A stretch of 64,000 bases of DNA from Moniliella sp. 'wahieum' (lineage: Eukaryota). This document shows positions 1 to 13,073 of the stretch, one piece after another (within the stretch, counting starts at the first letter, position 1; each line of letters begins with the position of its first letter). Made by a program: the position numbers and the translations under genes. The notes under the pieces were generated by a model. That model saw only the letters and a list, made by a program, of their open reading frames with translations, searched no databases and was not told the origin of the DNA. The stretch is taken from NCBI GenBank assembly GCA_003971905.1, contig RSEE01000092.1, positions 124,001-188,000 on the forward strand. Direction: 5' to 3'.

Positions 1-218
1 GTGTCGCTGCTTTCCACGCGCCCCGCCCCGCCGCCGATAAGCAGCGAGGCGGAGCACGTCCCCCTGCTGCTGACGTCAGCCACAGGGCACCGCGCCCGTG
101 TGGAGCGCGCCGCCCTTCTCGCTCCTGCCGTGGCTCTCACGCCCGCCGAGGCCATCGACATCGCATACCCCGCGCCCGCCCCCTCCGCCCACCGCGCCCT
201 ACCCCGCCCCCCCCCCCC

Positions 219-923
219 ATGGCCGCCCCGCAGACATTCCAGTTCAAGCTCGTCCTCCTAGGCGAGTCCGCCGTGGGCAAGAGCTCCCTCGTCATGCGCT
301 TCGTCAAGGACCAGTTCGACGACTACCGCGAGTCCACCATCGGCGCTGCCTTCCTCACCCAGTCCATCCGCCTCGACCCCGCCACCATTGTCAAGTTCGA
401 GATCTGGGACACGGCCGGCCAGGAACGATACAAGTCCTTGGCCCCCATGTACTACCGCAACGCCAACTGTGCGGTCGTCGTGTACGACGTCACCCAGCCG
501 GTACGTGCGCTGTCTCCCCCTGCCCTTGTTCGCTTCTCCGCTTCTCCGCTTGCTCCTCTGCTCACCTGCCTTCCTGCCTTCCTCCCGCCCAGTCGTCCCT
601 CGCCAAGGCCAAGGAGTGGATCGCCGAGCTGCACCGCCAGGCCGACCCCAACATTGTCATTGCATTGGCCGGCAACAAAGCGGATCTGGCCACCGACGCC
701 AAGGCAGTGCCCACCGAGGAGGCCGAGGCATATGCTGCGCAAGAAGGTCTGCTCTTCATTGAGACCTCGGCCAAATCGGGCCTGCATGTCACCGAGCTCT
801 TCCGTCTCATCGCCGAGAAGCTCCCTCGTACCCCCCTTCCTCGGCTAGTAAGCCTGCTCAGACCAGGGGCGGCGTGGATCTCAGGGAGGCGCCCAGACCG
901 ACTCGGACGCATGCAACTGCTAA
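219..923 (+). CDS. VPS21: Rab5/Ypt51 (Vps21)-family small GTPase; 2 exons (219-500, 593-923), with small indels in the C-terminal tail
   Basis: [10 protein letters not shown]-loop, Rab5 effector motif [30 protein letters not shown] and ETSAK boxes. Intron 501-592 (GTACGT...GCTCAC...CAG) joins the frames. Tail reads ...GAC TCG GAC GCA TGC AAC TGC TAA (CxC prenylation motif) after correcting indels. Confidence 0.93.
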
Positions 924-1010
924 CCGCACCTGTCTCTCCTGGACCTTTTCTCGCCCCCCTTTCGGCCCCCCTCCACTCCTTCGCCTGTCCCCTCTCCCCC
1001 CCTCCTTTCC

Positions 1011-1045
1011 CTCTCTCTCTCCTCCTCTCTCTCTCTCTCTCTCCT

Positions 1046-1100
<55 letters not shown>

Positions 1101-1108
1101 CTCTCTCA
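1011..1108 (+). repeat. (CT)n microsatellite in the 3' flank of the Rab5 gene
   Basis: Long imperfect CT dinucleotide run seen directly. Confidence 0.9.
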
Positions 1109-1707
1109 CTCTTCGCCCCCCCCCCCTCCCCACTCCCTTATCCCGCTTGGCTTTTGACCAACACCCCATACTCGTCCTCCTGTCTCTACCTCTTTGGCTG
1201 CGTCCCGGCCGATCATGATGTTTACCCTCTGTCCCTCTGTCTGATTCATACTTTGCCCCATTTTCTTTTATTCTCTGCTGTTCCACTTCTCCTTTCCCCG
1301 CAGGACCCCTCTGTCCGCATGCAGCGCCCCCGTCCTGCCCTATTCTCTCCTGCATGAGCCTCACTGGGCAGATCGTGATGCCCCGCGGCACTTGCGGCGA
1401 TGGACGTGGGCGTCTCCTGGAAGCAGGAAAGGCCTGGATCTGCCAGACCTTCTTGCCATTCTCCCATATGCAGTGAGGTGATACGCCACACCCCCACATA
1501 CACCCAGTTGCGGTGGCCACGCTCCCCCCCCCCGGACTATCCGGTGTTTTATTGGTGTAGCCAGCTAGCAGCCGTACAAGTCTCTTGAAATGATACAGCA
1601 GCAATCCCAATTCCAAGCGATGAAAATTGCAACCTGAACCACAGTGTCTGCGCTGTGCCCCCGTTCCACCAGCTACACCAACACCATCCGCGTCGCCGCC
1701 GCGCCTA

Positions 1708-4570
1708 TGCTGACCTTGCCTCGTGCGCTCGGCTATGGGGTTGCGGCACGAGCCAGGTGTCGGTGCATGCGAGTAGGTGGGCCTAGGTACAGGGCATGGG
1801 GACTGGTTCCGTATCCGCTGCGCCGCCTCTCCAGCGACGCAGATGGCCGGGACGACCCCCTTTCTTTAACCCCGATTGGCGATGACGACGATATTCTGTA
1901 CCTGCGTTGGCACCAGGTTCGAACACCGCCGTCGTCTCGCCCGCTCAAGCTACTGCCCATGCACTTCTCAATCCTTCCCCACGGACGGACCCTCTCCCGG
2001 ACAAGCCCGAGCCTAGGATAGAGGACGTCCTTCCCCCCCGCCTGGTCAGCGCTTCCTCCCTGAGGATCCCTTGGGGGATCCAGCATTTGGGCTGCAGCCC
2101 TGGTTGGTCCCGGCGTACCTGAGGCATCTGCTCCCAAAAGAGAAGGAGACTGCGCAGGAAGAAGCGCCAGCTGAACCCTCCAACCCAACGTCGGATGAAC
2201 CAAGACTGGACCAACCAAGAACGTTGGCTGATCCTACAGCTCAGCTGCAGCAGAACATCAGTTTCCTTCAGCAGCACGGCTACGTTCCTTCTGCATCAGC
2301 ATTGGACGGTGCGACGGCTAACGCGTTACCTGCCAAATCGGATGCGCAGACGGTGGCGCAGCTCCTTCGGTCCTTGTATGCCAATAGGAAAATGGGCGAG
2401 ATGCTGAAACAAGTGTCTAGCAAGCGCTATGCCAACGGTACGTGTGTTGTGTCTCTTTGCCGCACTAGGCCCTCCTAACTTATCTCTGCGCTAGACTTGC
2501 GCACGTTTGACTCGCCCCGCCCGCAAATGCTCGACTATGAGGTGGATGTTGGCTACACCGACTCGGACATGTGGGATGATTTGACCCCTTTGTTGGTTCG
2601 CGGGGAGAGCATCTCCGTCCCCCTTCCTCAGCGTCCGATGGGAGAACCGGGGGCGACCAATGGGCTCGGAGCTCAGGTCGACCTGCGCGGAAACTGACTG
2701 CTTCTGTGGATCGTGGGACGCCATCTTCCTCCGGCCTGGATGAATCCGAGGTGCGAGCGCCATTTGCTCTGGCGCAACAGGAGGTGTCGGATGTGCTGTC
2801 CGAGTCCGAGGAGGCAAGACGGCTCTACGACCCTCGTCTGGGCGGGCAAGAGTATCGTCCTGGCGCGCACAAGCCCAAGACAGCACCGCAAGCCCGGGCC
2901 GAGCTGCGCGCGTACATTTCCCATTTGATCCAGTGGCTGCTCACCACCACCCCGGCCCCCTACACTGTGGCGGAACTCAATGTGATTCTCGAACTGGGGC
3001 GCACACTCCGAGCGCAAACAGGCACGTGTCTCGGTCTCAAGGCCAGCTCGCTGTTCCACCATGCATGTGTGTCTTCCTCTCTTCCCGAACTGGGGCTTAA
3101 GGCGATTCTCGATCGCGTCCATACGGGTATCGATTATTCCCTACCGATTTGCCACATGCTCATGATGGGCCTGTACGATAAGATGTCAGCTCCGCTGCCC
3201 ACCTTACTTGTCTCGCTCTTCTTTGACCCGGTTCCGCAAACGCCGGGGGACCATCGCATCAAATGGCCAGCGTTTGCTCAGGCTCAACTCCGCGCTGCCC
3301 ACCCACCTTTGCCGCATGCAGTGGGAAAGACAAAGACGCCCGTTGCCGTGCTCGCGCCGTGTACCGTGTTGCGCGGTTCCAGCTCTGGCTGCGCATGCGG
3401 CTCTTGGTCCTCGTCAGTTCCTTGGCTACGGGACGCGTGATGGACGGGATGCTCTTGGCCTGCGTCGTGGGGGCAGCAATGCGCTTTCTGCACTTGGAGC
3501 CCTTGGTGTCAAGTCAAGGGATGAGTCGGTGCTGGACCCGGATTTGCTCCAGAGCCTGGACGAGACGTTCACTTTACTTGTTACCTCGTTGGAGGGGGGC
3601 GCACGCTGCACACAGTCCTCTCGGTCAGCTGCGCAAATCAAAAGCCTACGAGACGAAAAAGGTCAAGTCCTCGATCCTAATCTTGTCTTTTTCAATATGC
3701 ACGCCAAGCCGTATGGGGTGGAATGGGTTCGTGATGCAGCACGCTACTATGCGCTTCGTCGTGCTCCTTTCTTGTCCGCGGGGGAGGGGGGGAGGAGTGA
3801 TGTTGATAACCCACCGTTTCTTTCCCCATAACGGTCCGGCCGTCAGCACGACCCTGACGGCCTGCTTCAACATCTTCCTTCGCTCCAAACCAGCCTTTCA
3901 GGCCGCCAAGGAGATTCGCGCCCTCTTCACTCAGATGGGTCTGCTCGACGCCAGCCACCGTGAGGAGGACCGAATGAGACGGAGCACTACCTCTGTCTCC
4001 GTTGAGCCCGACACAACCAAGGTGACACCCCAACGTTCCAAACCATCTAGGCGCTTCGACAGCACCAAGTCCCGCACATCTACCAAGGACGCTAGGAAAG
4101 CCACGAAGGCCAAGGAGTCGCAGGAGCCCAAAGAATTCAAGGAACCCAGGAAGCCCAAGACGCCCAAGGAGTCCAAGAAGTTTAAGACGCCCAAGGAGCC
4201 GAAGACGCCTAAGAAGCCCAAAGAGCCCAAGGAGCCCAAAGAGCCCAAGGAGCCCAAAGAGCCCAAGGAGCCCAAAGAGCCCAAGGAGCCCAAGACGCCT
4301 AGGAAGCGTTTGACGCCCAAACACACTGAGCCGGCCATTCCCGCCAAATCGCTCAAGACACCCACGCCGTCCGAGACCTCCGCTGCGTCTCACGAACCCA
4401 CTGACAAGCCCGAGCTCAGCAGCAAGTCTGAAACTACCAGTCCTCTCCCACCCGCCCCCACATCGAAGCCCAAAAGCAAACCCAAGCCACCAGCCCATTC
4501 CACTCCACCCGCATATCCAAGGCCACCGCTAAATCCAAGTCGAGGAAATCTCAGACCCCAACTGCACTAG
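1708..4570 (+). CDS. Hypothetical, probably mitochondrial protein with a Lys/Glu/Pro-rich (KEP)n C-terminal tail; frameshifted, at least 1-2 introns
   Basis: Arg-rich, acid-free N-terminus (MLTLPRALGYGVAARARCRCMRV...RRLSS) resembles a presequence. Chained ORFs 1644-2021, 2071-2478, 2497-2697, 2706-3440, 3208-3831 and 3263-4570. Intron 2438-2494 (GTACGT...CTAAC...CTAG); probable intron starting 3711 (GTATGG). Family not recognised. Confidence 0.55.
4122..4305 (+). repeat. 9-bp coding tandem repeat (AAR GAG CCC) encoding KEP/KTP units
   Basis: PKEPKEPKEPKEPKEPKEPKEPKTP in ORF 3263-4570. Confidence 0.9.
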
Positions 4571-5202
4571 CACCTGCATCCAACCAACGCCCTGTTCCAA
4601 CGGAACAGTCCTCTCTCACCTCTGCATCTGAACCTACTCCTTCCCCCTCTCCCGCTCCTCTCCCTCCCCGTCTTCTTCCTCCTCTCTCTCGCCCTTTGCA
4701 CCATCGGCCAAACAGCTAGTCAAGGCCGAGTGCAACCGCCGGCTCGTCGGCCACGTGGACGGCCGCGCAAGAACCCGTTGCCAGTGCCCGAGCCTGAAGT
4801 GCCCATCATGTTTGTCCCGTTCCGCCGACAGAGGTGAGCGTGCGCAGCCACCCGCGTCAGCGGCGCAAGGTCAAGTCGCCGGTACTGGACATTACACTGG
4901 ACTAGTACTGGCATCCAATGGGTCCAAGCGGTCCCCGGTCGCCGGTCGCCAGTCGCGTCCAGCGACGGGACACCCCAGTGGTCTACTGGAAAGCGTGTGG
5001 GACAAGAACAGATTTAAGAGGAAGCGCATGGCGCATGACGCATGGCGCATGACGCGTGATGTGCAGGATGCATTGCATGACGCCGGACAAAAATATGCAT
5101 TTCTTTGCCCAGTCCGCCGTGCTGCGCCAGGCTGCTTGGTTGTAGGCTTTGTTGGGCGTGGGTCGGTATCTGTTCCGGTCTGTCCACCTTGCACGTGAAG
5201 TA

Positions 5203-5788
5203 TTAAGCCAGCTTGGCGAACAGCTTTGGCGCGGTGCACTCAGCTGCGCAGTGCGTCAAGTGGACTGCAGAAAGGACATGTCAGTTGGGCCGTGGATGGA
5301 GATGCAGGAGATACGCGGGAGAGATACGCACAGCTGGAGGGAAGATAGATGGGCAAGATGGCGAGCAAAGGGGGGAAAGGGAAGGGTGGGGGGTACGAAG
5401 CGCAAGAAAGCAAAAGGTTAGTACGTCAGGAACTGGGCTGAAATCAAAAAGAGAGGAGGGAAGGGCAAGGGAAAAAAGGGAAATGAGGTCACGTACAACT
5501 CCTCAATGCAGTCCTCGCCCTCGAACAGAAGCTTGCCAGCCTCGACACGGGTTTGGCATTCGTCAAAGTGGTGCTTGGCCGAGCTGCATTCCTTCTCCTC
5601 GCACGCAGCGTAGATCTCCTCGCGCGGGTCGACCGGCTCGTCGTCCTCCTCCTCTTCCTCCTCCTCACTCGCTTCCTCTTCCTCGCCTCCTCTTCCTCGG
5701 CGTGGAGGGTGGGGAAGAAGGAGGAGACGAAGCTGGTGACCGTGCCGAACACGCTGGGCTCCGACTCGCCAAAGGTAGTGAGAGACAT
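5203..5788 (-). CDS. QCR6: Cytochrome bc1 complex hinge subunit (Qcr6); exons 5788-5497, 5333-5332 (2-nt micro-exon), 5264-5203
   Basis: Acidic N-region, then DPREEIYAACEEKECSSAKHHFDECQTRV...EDCIEEFFHLTHCAAECTAPKLFAKLA*, a hinge-protein Cys pattern. Introns 5496-5334 and 5331-5265 have canonical signals. One indel near 5690 in the Glu-rich tract. Confidence 0.92.
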
Positions 5789-6144
5789 GGTCAGGGTGGT
5801 AGGGGCGGGAACACGCGCAGCCCACCAGCCGGCCACCCGGAAGCCCCCCAGCCTCTTCTGCCCAGCTGCCGGGGAGCCCATTTGTAAGCGCCCCGTTCCG
5901 CCCGCTGCGGCGGACTTTGCTTGTGAATCGCCAAAGGCAAGGTGCAATTTGAAATTGGCCCGGAGCGCAGCGTGTGCACGTGTGGCTCAAATTGTGAAAT
6001 TGTAAACGTGTGGACGTTTGAACATTTCATCGCCTCCTGTCTGTCGGCGGCCAGCATGCCACATGTCAGGCATGCCCAGCTGCACGGCTGCCACCGCCGT
6101 CCCCGTCCGCTCCTCCGCCGTCGCTCGCCACACGCTCGCCATTC

Positions 6145-6206
6145 CCCATCTCCATCCCCATCTCCATCCCCATCTCCATCCCCATCTCCATCTCCATCCC
6201 CATCCC
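6145..6206 (+). repeat. (CCATCY)n hexamer microsatellite in the divergent QCR6/TSC2 promoter
   Basis: Alternating CCATCT/CCATCC units seen directly. Confidence 0.85.
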
Positions 6207-6372
6207 CTCCACCCGCGCTCATCCCTCCCGCCTCATGGCTCTCTGAACCCTCCCGCCTCCCCCCGCCTCGTCTCGCTTCCCGTGCCCATTGCCCCAGTAC
6301 GCACGCCTCCTGCCACTCCCTTGTATGCGCAGCCCCCCGTCTGCCTTGCCTAACGCACCCCCCTCCGCGCAG

Positions 6373-9300
6373 ATGTCCGACCCTTCCCGCTCTCGTTCCA
6401 AACCCCCCCTCTCCCCGCGATTCAGCTCCAAAAGTTCGAGCCGTGGAGATGGTTTGGATGGTCCCGCGGAGGCCCGTCCTGGACCGCATCTGCATCCGCA
6501 TCCGCAGCCGCCGCCTCTTCCTCCTCCAGCGCCGCCCCCATTTCTGACCCTGCGTCTTCCCCGTCCGCTACGGCCGTGGCCAGCGAGGCAGCCTCTGCGT
6601 CCGAGCCCGTCCTCGCTCTGTTGGGCTTGCCCGAATGGTACCTGTCTTTGCTCGGCGCTTCCTCGGCCCAGGTTGCTAAGCTCGTACCCCAGTCAGACCA
6701 GGCCGCGCACAGCCTCTTGGCCCAAGTGTCTGCTCTGATAGGCGAGGAACCATTATCCTCGCCTCAGGCCAACACGGTGTCTAACATTCTCCTCGCTCTA
6801 TTGGTCCGCATAAACCAGTCGCTCATCCTCGAGACACGCGAAAATGTTCCTGCCTCTAGTGAGACCCAAGTCCCAGATCCTCCCACGCTTCCATTCGCAT
6901 TGTCGGACGTGTTTGAATTGGCACGGGCCTTGCTCCAGGGTGGCAGGACACCTCGTGACCCTCAGGTCCACTGAGCGCGGGTTCTACCTCGTCCTTGCCA
7001 ATGTCAGTTCCTTGGCTGCTACAGAGATCCTCATGTCCAGTATCAAGCTTAACGATGCTCGTCTTGCCATTTCTTCCACCCCAACCGTTCCTTCCTCCGC
7101 CCCCTTATCCTCGCTAAACCACCCCCTCTCACCCCCTCGCTCTCATCTCCCGAGAGGCGATCGTTCTATCTCCTTGTCCTCGCTTTACTCCCTCTCCCCC
7201 CTTCCATCACTACGGCAGGGCCAGTGCAAAAGGGGCCAGCACAGACATCCATTTCTGATGCCGAGCGTGTTTCAGATCCTCGTGCGCCCCATTTCTGTAT
7301 CCTCAACGCCCCTCTCTCCATCTTCCACCCAAGTGGACGCACTCCCACCAAGTACGGACGAACTGATCCCCCGGCCTGTGGTGCGCTCGTCCAAGTGCGT
7401 GCCACTTTGGTACTCACACGAGAAGGGAGGGACATCCTTCCGTTCCCAGAGTTACTCCAAACGGTGCACAGCCTCTTCATTGAGTCGTCTACAAACTTAT
7501 TTCGGGTGAGGGATGGTATGGAGACCTTGTCAGACACCGAACCTCCTTTGCACCATGACTTGCGGTACGACCCCATGTTGCAAGAAGAGCGAACATTTTC
7601 CTCGCTTATTGAGCTGTTTTTCTTCTGTCGTCGAGTTTAACTTCGCCAAGGTGCCGTTGGTGGCCGTCCAAGACATGTTGATGGCCATTTGTGCCGTTTC
7701 CAATCCTCAACGGTGTCCCCTTGCTCCACGTGAGTCCCTGCAAGGTATTGATCCGACCTCCCAGTCTCTGCCCCGGATGCCGCCCCGGTGAAGTCTCCTC
7801 TGTCCAATCCACTGTCCGAAAGGAGCGTAGTTCATGGAGCACCTTCCCTCATTCGGGTACGGGGAGCAGCCCTCGTCCCGGGCCCTCCTCCCTCTGCACC
7901 CGCTGTTGGCTCCCCTGGAACGCCCGCAGTGGCACTCCGCAAACGGAGTTCTAACATCTTTCAGCCCGCCCCCGTTGTAGCGCCGCTTCCGCACAATCAC
8001 CCCCAGGTTCTTTGAGTAACGCTGCCGCTGTCTCGCCCCCAACAGGCCCTACAACGCACCCACTCGCTATGTTCCCTAGGGAGCTACATCTTATCCTGTC
8101 ACTCTTCGAGATGGTTATTTCTTTCGGTATCTTTCCTCCTCCGACGTTGGCGCCGCTGTCCGTTTGTCTCTCCCGCATCTTGGGCGTGACCAGCTGGGTT
8201 TAGTCGATGACTCCTCCTTGTCCGCCAGGGTATATGCGATGGAAGATAAGCTGCTGTCTTCCTTCTATGGTAACTTAACTCTTCGTGCGGTGGTGGATCG
8301 ATTGGCGGGTATGACTTGTCTCTGTAGAGGAGCCCCTCTTGGAGCTTTCACTTGTTGTCGGCGGCCTTCGGTCATGATTCATGCGGCACGGTACGTGGAC
8401 AGCACATGCAAACCTCTACCATATCAGTCCCTTCGTCCCGGTCGTCTTCTGCTCAACGCGGACTGCCGGTCCTGTTAAGTTTACACATCCTCTCTCCTGC
8501 TCTCAAGACGTTGGCCTCATTGGGCGACGAATGGTGGATATGGAGATGATCTCGTTTACCGTTCTATCTTGCCTGTCGAAGCGGCAGGACCGGACGTGGG
8601 ACAACAAATGCCCCATGGTACGTGCAGGGTGCAGGCCGAATTGCAATGCCTCACTCCCACCACATGGTCCGATTGGGACATTGTCTTGACGCTCTTCCTC
8701 TCACCAACAAGCGGGCTCAGTCCCTGCGCAGTCCTATCAGTTGGCCACATCGACCGGCAACCCCACCGGTACGCCTGTATTAGGGGCGCTTGGAACAACC
8801 TCCCAACAGACCAAGTGGCTCGCCCCTAAACTCCAAGCCGATCGCGAACACCCTGTGGTGGAGGCGTTCCTGCTCTTGGTCAGCGAGTGCCGGTTTTCGA
8901 CGGATTACTTCCATTTTCCACCTTGCTCCTTCACCCCTTCCGCCCGCCGCTGTGACGGGGAGCGTACCCCAAACAGGGATGAAATACGTTATCCCCTGGT
9001 CTCAAGGCTGGGCTGATTTGCTCCTCCAACTCCTCTGGTCCTTCCCCGATGACGATGCAGAGCGAATGGTGCGGTATTATTACGAGCACAAGCTGGTCCT
9101 ACCTTGTTTCCCGCAGTGGATTCACAATTGGAACGCGCTCGTCTCGGCCTGCTCTACCGCATCGGTCCCTCCCCCCGTCCATTTGGTTCGGTACCAGCGC
9201 CCAAAGCACGCGCCTTGTTAATCGAGCTTCTCTTTGACCGAGTCTACCCCCCATTGCCGACTTGATCGAGTTTCACGTCCCCCTCATGACAGAAGTCATC

Positions 9301-12300
9301 CTGCCGTTGGCCGAAGAGGTTCTCCTCGGCACGCCAGACGACGTGCTCGTCCCTAAGGTGTTTGGAAACGCTCGCTTCATCGGGAAGCTTGATGGCAAGT
9401 CTGGCTGGCAAGCCTTCTGCCCCCTCTTCCGTACAAGCTCCAGGCACCCTCACTTCGTCTGAACCTCTCCCAATATGGAAGGGAACCCGATCAATCGTCC
9501 GCGGGAGACCGATCGGCCAGACTCCTCGAGGTACCGAACGAGGCAGAGCGCGTTTTCACTTCCATTCGCCTCTTACTCAACAAGGTGGTGCGCCAAGCCA
9601 AGGGGCCGAAAGAAGGGCGGTACGTCTTCTGTCTCCACTCCAACAACCGGGCTGAAGTGCCTGTCACGGTTCATGCAGTTTCGACCTTGATTGCGATCTT
9701 TCATCGCATCGCATTCACGGCGCAGTGGGAACCGTCTGCACCCCTCAGTGCGGCCGATCGGGATGGTGGTTTAGGCCTGGGGACGGACCAAGCGTTGGCA
9801 GCTCGCAAGTGTGCAATTCCTCTCTTTCGGGACATTGTCGAATCATTTCGCCCGCCCCCGTGTCGGCCGGGGCGAATGCCAACTCCAACGCCAACGCCCA
9901 ATGGGGGAAGACGCCATTGGAGCCCCGGTTGGTCGCTCTGCAGTGGGCCTTGCGTTTGCGTGCCGACAGCCAACACCGTCTGCATGATCCAGGACATTGA
10001 CGAGTTTATTGAGCCACATGCCCAGCTCATTGGCCGTGACCACACGGTGCACATTGACCTGACGACCCGGCTCCTCGAGTAGGCCGGACATCCGAGCGGG
10101 GATGGGAAGATGCACCCTCCAGTGTTGGCGGGACGAGCCGTGGTCGTTCGCCCGCACAGAGTCTTCTACCCGCCCGCACACGAGGGGTCTCGCGTCCGCG
10201 TCAAGCCCACGTCCGACTTGATCGGGAACGTACCCGCCTGCACTGGCATCTGCCCCAGCGAATTCACTTTGAGCTTCCGCCGCAATGGCACGTTCAGAGG
10301 TGGTCAAGACCAACTGCCCGATCCGCGCTCGGTAGACACGATGGCCGAGGATCGGGAGAAGACCATTTCTGACGGTGGGGGGCAGGCACTGCCGGTGAGT
10401 GAATTGTTGGCTGCTATCTCTTGATCTTGCAGGCGGAGGAGGACTGGGACTTGGTATCCTATGTCTTGGCTCATCTGCCGCACCAATTGACCAACTGCTA
10501 CCTCTTTTGCGGTCCGCGATGTGACCCAGAGCTTGCAGCGGCTCGGTACGTTGCTCGTCAGCCACCTCCCTCCGGAGAACAAGCTGGTGACGCAGGCCCA
10601 GCTTCCGTGGCAAGTCAAACGAGTCGATGTGACGGCGATTGGGTACGCTACGTGCAGGCACTGATTGGGTATCGAACCCTGTTTGCCCCGGCCCAGCGAG
10701 ACGAGATGGTATTGACCTTTGTCCATGGCCTTGGTCTTGCCGAGTCGGCGGCGTTGGCTTGTGCGCGTGGGCTCGCGCTCAGCGCTCTCCAACTTCCCCT
10801 GTCGTTTGCAGCTGTGCTGCCCACTGTTCTGGTAGCCTTGCAGCAGGCAGCAGGCAGCCTTGCCATGTCGGTCCACATTCTTGAGATCATGATCCTCATT
10901 GCCCATTCCCTGGGGCCTACCGCACGTTCAAGGAGGACGAGTACAAGCGCACCTTCTTGATCGCTTGCAGTTTTGCGCCGTCCCAGCCCACTGCCCTGGA
11001 GTCGGGCGCGTCGGCATCGTCACCTTCCGCAAGGGCGTTGACCCGGTATGTGGCGAGCCAAGCTCATTATGTCTTGACTCTGTTTTTCAATCGGGTCGAG
11101 CCCGCCGAACGGATCAAGTATGTCCCTTTTATCACAGACCGGCTACTGGCTACCAAGGCCAAGGAGGAAGAGACGATTGTCCTACTCGACTACATTACAC
11201 GAGCTACATTTGCCAATGCCCGTCCCTACCCAACGCGTTCCTTTATCAACACCACCTTGTTTGGTGCCCTGTCGGGACGGGAGCATCGGGCGGGCACAAG
11301 TGGGCAGCGGACAGGACAAGATGCGGCAGTGACCAAAACTTACATTTACCCTCACTCGACCATCACCATCTCGGCCTTGCAACGGAGGCGCTGGTGCGAG
11401 TCGTGATCCGTCGTCCGTCCGGCACCGAGGCGTTCCTTCTCAAGGTGGAGAACGAAGATTCGGATCCCGCCCTGCGCGACCCCGAGTTTCAGGACACACC
11501 CGAGCTGCTTCTCTGGCCAATCTGGGGGAGATCGGCCCATCTACCTCGCACCTTCCTTACCCTTCTCCGGAGTGGCCGCCGAGGGGAGGAGAAGGCGCGC
11601 ATCATTCGGCAGCAAGCCTAGATTGGAGGAACAGGGTGTGTTCTTCGTTCCAGAGAACAATTCGAGCCACCTGTTCATTCCTCCGTACCGGTCGCCCGGG
11701 GACAAAAAGTTGGCTCGAATCAAGGCGAAGGAGGGCGGTAAGGAAACTAGTTCGCGGTCCAAAGACAAAGAGGGCCACTTGCCCGCCTCGCCTTACGAGC
11801 CGCGTCCGGCTGGGGAGATCGACAACGTACGGGCGGTATTGAGGACGTGTTGGAGGCAGGGTCAAAGATGCCGAGTCACAACTGGTCTCTGTCAATTTAG
11901 TTTCTCATCGTGTTCTCGATCCGGCGTTTATTGAGCTAATCATGACGGCTACCCGATGTGGACGTGCAAAGTTGCCCGTGGCTGTGAGCGCGTCCAACTC
12001 GCTTGCCACATCTGCTCTCACTCGGCTGGACACGGCGCCCGTGTTGGACTCCAAGTCGATTGCCGTGCTCTTTGTTGGTTCTGGCCAGGCGACGCCAGAT
12101 GAGATCCTAAGCAACGTATGGCTCCACTGCTTATGCCCGCTTTGTTGCGCGCATGGGCAGCAAGTTGGTCAGTTGGACACGCCCGAAGCCAAACCCAAAA
12201 CACAGGCGGACTCAACGCTCACGACCATGGTCGGCACATGTACATGTGGGACGACGAGATGACCCAAGTCTTCTTCCATGTTCCAACCATGATGCCCAAC

Positions 12301-13073
12301 CTTCCCCCGCTCACTTTGCAACAAACTTTCCCCGTCCGCCATGACCTTGTGCACATTATCTGGAACGAGTCGGGACAAGAGTATCCGTTTGGATTGCTCG
12401 CCTCCCGCTACAGCCAGTACATGGTCAACATTGTCATTTCTCCCGACGCACGCGGTGGCGTGGACTGGGATCGGTCTCTCCTGGACATGAGAGTGGGATC
12501 CAGTCTTGTTCTTGTGCGTGTCCCCTACCCCCCCCCCCCCGCGCGCGCTCCATTTTGCTGTTTGATATTGACTGGGCTTGCGTCCTGTTCAGATCGCGTA
12601 ACGCTCCAACGGGCACAGGGTATGCCCAGCTTCTCCCCCGTGGGAGACGGCATAGTCATTTCGGAGGATAAGTTGCCCATGTTTGTACGCACCCTCGCCA
12701 TCAACGCTCACCTTATGGCGCTCATCTTTATGTCGGCCACCCGTGGGGAGACGTTCCAAAGCAGTACGTTTCGTTTCCTTTCGTTTCCTTTCATTTCCTT
12801 TTGTTTCGTTTGATGCCATTTGTTGGCTCTGCCTACGTATGGAGCAGCACTGACCAGTGGCCCTGTGTCTGCAGCTGGACCGCGCGCTTGGGTATGATCC
12901 ACGGCTGTACCAGCGGGTCGAAAAGGCACGCAGCCAAGGACCTTCGCCATCGGGCAAATGGGCTGTGTACGAAGCTATGCTACTCGCTTCGGGTGATGCA
13001 TGGCCTGTGCGTGGACTGGACACTTCTTTACATTGTCCTCCAAAAGAGAGAGAGCAATGGGGGGAGGAGGTAG
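6373..13073 (+). CDS. TSC2: Tuberin (TSC2) homologue with C-terminal Rap/Rheb-GAP domain; heavily frameshifted, ends approximate
   Basis: Tuberin-like segment EEDWDLVSYVLAHLPHQLTNCYLFCGP (~10430). RapGAP motifs SKSIAVLFVGSGQATPDEILSN, YMWDDEMTQVFFHVPTMMPN, VHIIWNESGQEY, VNIVISP, LPMFVRTLAINAHL and terminal WTARLGMI. Probable introns ~12492-12592 and 12764-12873. Confidence 0.82.
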
